Assembly (NCBI RefSeq): GCF_018350175.1
Contig: NC_058383.1
Location: 27,778,001-27,842,000, forward strand
From: Felis catus
Lineage: Eukaryota
Length of the DNA: 64,000 nt
Direction: 5' to 3'
Part shown: in pieces, positions 60,680-64,000 of the stretch
Layout: each line of letters begins with the position of its first letter
Position numbering within the stretch: the first letter of the stretch is position 1
Program-made: the position numbers and the translations under genes
Notes under the pieces: generated by a model
The model's input: the letters and a program-made list of their open reading frames with translations, nothing else
Database searches by the model: none
What the model was told of the DNA's origin: nothing

Positions 60680-62779
60680 TGAGAAAGCATCACAGGAAAA
60701 CAGCCAAAATTACAGTTAAATTCTCACGTCAGAAGAGTTCAGTAAAGAGTGTGTCTACATCCCCCAAAGCCCTTGTCATGGTTTCAGCCGCTCTAGATTG
60801 AAAGTCTGAGGAAGGAACATAGTACTGGCTGAGCTTAGTTTAGAGCCCACACTCCTCCAGGAATCACAGAAAGCAAATACCTGGCCTTTCAGCTTCTAAG
60901 CAGAAGCAGTGTCCAGGCACGTCTCCAAGATGGTCTGCAGCCGACAAGGGGGAAGTACCGCCCTCACAAGTGTCCGCCATATTCGTGTGCCACCTGCCCT
61001 GTTAGCCGCTTCATATTTCTCTTCAAAGAGAGTCTATGTTTTTACTTAATTTACTTTAAAAGGGCACTTTATGTTACTGCTGAGGCCACAGGTTCCATGT
61101 GCTAGCTATATTTTGTCTGCTAATAGTCATTAAAACAAACATAAAACCGTGAATGATTCTTCAGCTCACCCAGGAATCCCCAGGAGCATCCTGTTCTCCA
61201 GGAGATGCTGCTCTGATAGAAGTGACCGCGTTCGCATTTCCCGTGAGGATGGCTGAATGAATGGTGACATCCAGGGAGACTACGGGAGGCTCTGCATTTA
61301 TCACCAGAACTCACAGTCTGGGAAATCTACCCCTGCAGTCTCTCTTTTTCCTTAGTTTGCCTTCAATGGAGCCCCACGCCTCCTTCGTTTCTTGGCCCAC
61401 CCAACAGTGGCACTGTGGAACACAGACGTAATGAGGCACAGCCCTTCTTTGGGTTTTGGACATAGGTGCCCTTCTCTGCATTTCTCAAAATGCTATTTAA
61501 GCTTCACAGTGATTTCCTTTTGAGAAACAGGATTCAAATCTCTCGCACCCTCTTTATTTCCCTTATCCCAGACCGACAGACTCAACACACTGACCAAATA
61601 AACAAACGAGCAAACAAACATAAGCCTTACCAAAAACAGGCAGTGGGAATGTGAGATGGGGGGGGTGGAGTTTGTTCAAGAAATATACTCCCTCACTTGC
61701 AGCCGAAGTGATGAGCAAATTTATTTACACAACGTATATCCACCTAGGACTACCCTGGCACCGCAAGGATATAAATGCTGCATAAAAACTCCTTCTTCTC
61801 TGTGCAGAAAATTCTGTCAATGGACCTGCAGGGAATGCAGAGCAGGACACCCAGCTGGAAGGACGAGAGCCTGTGAAGAAGGCAGAGGAGGGGACGCCAC
61901 ACACAACCCATCCCTGCACATAGACTCTTCTCTCCCTCCCATGCACCCCTGCCCTGCACATGGATTCCCTTCTTCCCTCCCCTTCAAAGCCCTCTCCTTC
62001 CTCCTTCACCTTCTCTCTCTCCCTCTCAGACCTCTCTCTCGTTCCTCCTCCTGACCTCTCCTAGAGGGGATGGATGAGCAGGCGGCCTGGAGAAGCCTGG
62101 ACAGAGTTCCAGAGGTGCCGGAACAAGAGCTGCCAAACCAGTTTCCCACAGCCTCGAGCTGCTCTCAGCATATCTGCTCTTCCGCCCAAGAAGGGGGCTG
62201 GCCACAGGCAATTATCTCAGCTCATTCAGTCATAAATCCTCCTGCTTAATGTAGTTGACGGAATGAGATAATCAATTAATTAATAAGTGGCACTGCTCGA
62301 GACTAATACATATGCCAACACAGCAAGAAACTGGAAAAGGCACAGGGGGACCGAGGAAAGTGAAGAGGCTTCCTCAGCAATGGGAGAGTATTTACTTGGA
62401 GTGCGGCTCAAGTTCAGCAAACATCTGCTTATTCAGAATACGAGCAACCAGGGAACTCAGAATAAGCAGAAAGGTTTCCTGGAATTTTAAAAGAACGGTT
62501 GATGCTCTTAACCACAGATGCTCAGGCCTTAGAAGATCCTGAAGTGCTCTCTGAATCAAAAGATTTTTTTCCCTATGGAGTTTTAGAATAAAATGGGTTC
62601 CAACTTTCTGGAAATTTGCTCGAAGAGTATGTTCTCCGGGACAGTTTCCAATTAATGCGGATATTATGTCTACCAAATAACCCACTTCTCAATGACTGCA
62701 GGTGTGAGGAGGGAGTGGGGGTCTGGGGGGTGGGCGGCAGGATGGCAACCACTGTACCAGGTTGATGCTGGGAAGGCCA

Positions 62780-63010
62780 CATTATGGTTTAAAGAATACT
62801 GACTGTGGAATCTAGAAAATCAGGTGAGAACCCTGGTTCTTCACTCCCCACACGTCTGAGAACTTGGGCCAGCCTCTCAGAGCCTCAGCTGCCCAATCTG
62901 TACAATGGGAAAATCATTCCATTTTCACAAAGCGGTTGTGAGGACAAGATAGGAAAGACTGCACTGAGCGCTTCGGGGTGCTGTGGAGCAGTACTCAAAT
63001 GCAAAGGAAA
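62780..63010 (+). mobile_element. MIR SINE relic
   Basis: cctctcagagcctcagctgcccaatctgtacaatggg..ggttgtgaggacaa. Confidence 0.75.
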
Positions 63011-63201
63011 ATTACTGTCATTTGTAACCACACACTTTCGGGTCTCCCCTCCCCTCTCCCCTCTTCCCTCCCTCCCAGGGAGCATAATAACATTCATGAT
63101 AACTATTACTCATGGAAATTACATCTCTCCATTAGTTCTTCTTACAGAATAAATTTCATCCAAATGCATTAAAATATTTTAGGCAATATGCCTACTTTAA
63201 A

Positions 63202-63412
63202 TTTTTTTTTTCAACGTTTATTTATTTTTGGGACAGAGAGAGACAGAGCATGAACGGGGGAGGGGCAGAGAGAGAGGGAGACACAGAATCGGAAACAGGC
63301 TCCAGGCTCCGAGCCATCAGCCCAGAGCCTGACGCGGGGCTCAAACTCACGCCGCGAGATTGTGACCTGGCTGAAGTCGGACGCTTAACCGACTGCGCCA
63401 CCCAGGCGCCCC
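63202..63412 (-). mobile_element. Very young Felis-type SINE (SINEC_Fc)
   Basis: Diagnostic gagccatcagcccagagcc..gtgacctggctgaagtcggacg; duplicated flank caatatgcctactttaaa at 63184-63201 and 63415-63432. Confidence 0.97.
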
Positions 63413-63796
63413 TACAATATGCCTACTTTAAAGGTGTTATTCATTATGATTTTATTTCAAGATGTCGGCCTAAGGAAAAAAAGCTAGACCTTAGTCATTT
63501 GGTGAAGTAGTTTGATAGTCAGGTGGTTTTCCTTATGAAAACCCTAACCCTTAGGTTTAGACTTAGCCCACTCCTTTCAAACTGTCAACAAAGATAGAGA
63601 CCGAGAAAGTCAAACAACCATGAAATACCCAGCAATTAAGCCAAGGCCAAGATCTCTACTGTGCTTATAAAAGTTGTAACAAGTTCAAAAGCAACACCCA
63701 AATGGCAAGTTTACACTCCGTTTAGTTAGCCTCAAGGAATGGGGATGTTTTGAGACTTTTTCCTATTACTCCTTGGTCCTCAGAAAATGGGCATCT

Positions 63797-63865
63797 GATA
63801 TAGATAGATGACAGGTAGACAGACAGACAACCAGACAGACAGATGAATGATAGATGCAGAGATGG
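63797..63865. repeat. Degenerate (GATA/GACA)n tetranucleotide tract
   Basis: gatatagatagatgacaggtagacagacagacaaccagacagacagatg. Confidence 0.75.
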
Positions 63866-64000
63866 ATTCCATTTAGATGGATTCTTTGTCCTGTGCATGA
63901 GGGGACAGAAGACAAAGGAACTTAAGAAAAACATGCAATAGGTCTGACTTAAAAGGAACTTAAAAATCATCTTTCCCCACCTTCTCATTTTAAAAAGTGA

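Noticed and set aside
1..64000. A novel multi-gene system, CRISPR array or intact retrovirus/transposase
   Set aside because: No intact coding capacity, regularly spaced repeat array or paired LTRs with internal sequence; small exons of a host gene cannot be fully excluded without RNA-seq or alignment

Overview
Mammalian, almost certainly felid (cat-lineage), non-coding DNA, either intronic or intergenic. I find no supportable protein-coding exon, RNA gene, CRISPR array or prokaryote-type system. The ORFs in the track are chance ORFs or read-throughs of repeats. The window holds about 26 carnivore tRNA-derived SINEs (CanSINE/SINEC), four of them from a very young Felis-type subfamily with target-site duplications (TSDs). 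It also holds several truncated LINE-1 3' ends (one nested antisense inside another), ancient MIR and L2 relics, solo MaLR/ERVL/ERV1 LTRs, hAT-Charlie and Tigger-derived DNA transposon relics, and microsatellites. The most interesting unexplained signals are in the repeat-free sequence: a consensus CTCF site (~51.8 kb), a CpG-rich E-box/homeodomain cluster (~15.3-15.9 kb), a ~4 kb repeat-free homeodomain/SOX/TCF-motif-rich block (~25.4-29.3 kb) containing a compact ETS-octamer-CCAAT-NFI-CCAAT module (~28.4 kb), and smaller candidate enhancers. Together these suggest a cis-regulatory landscape, possibly of a developmental gene; this is inference, and the host locus cannot be named from the sequence alone. 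Repeat subfamily names come from recalled consensus sequences and are provisional, and boundaries of old repeats are approximate. I do not see a convincing previously undescribed biological system.
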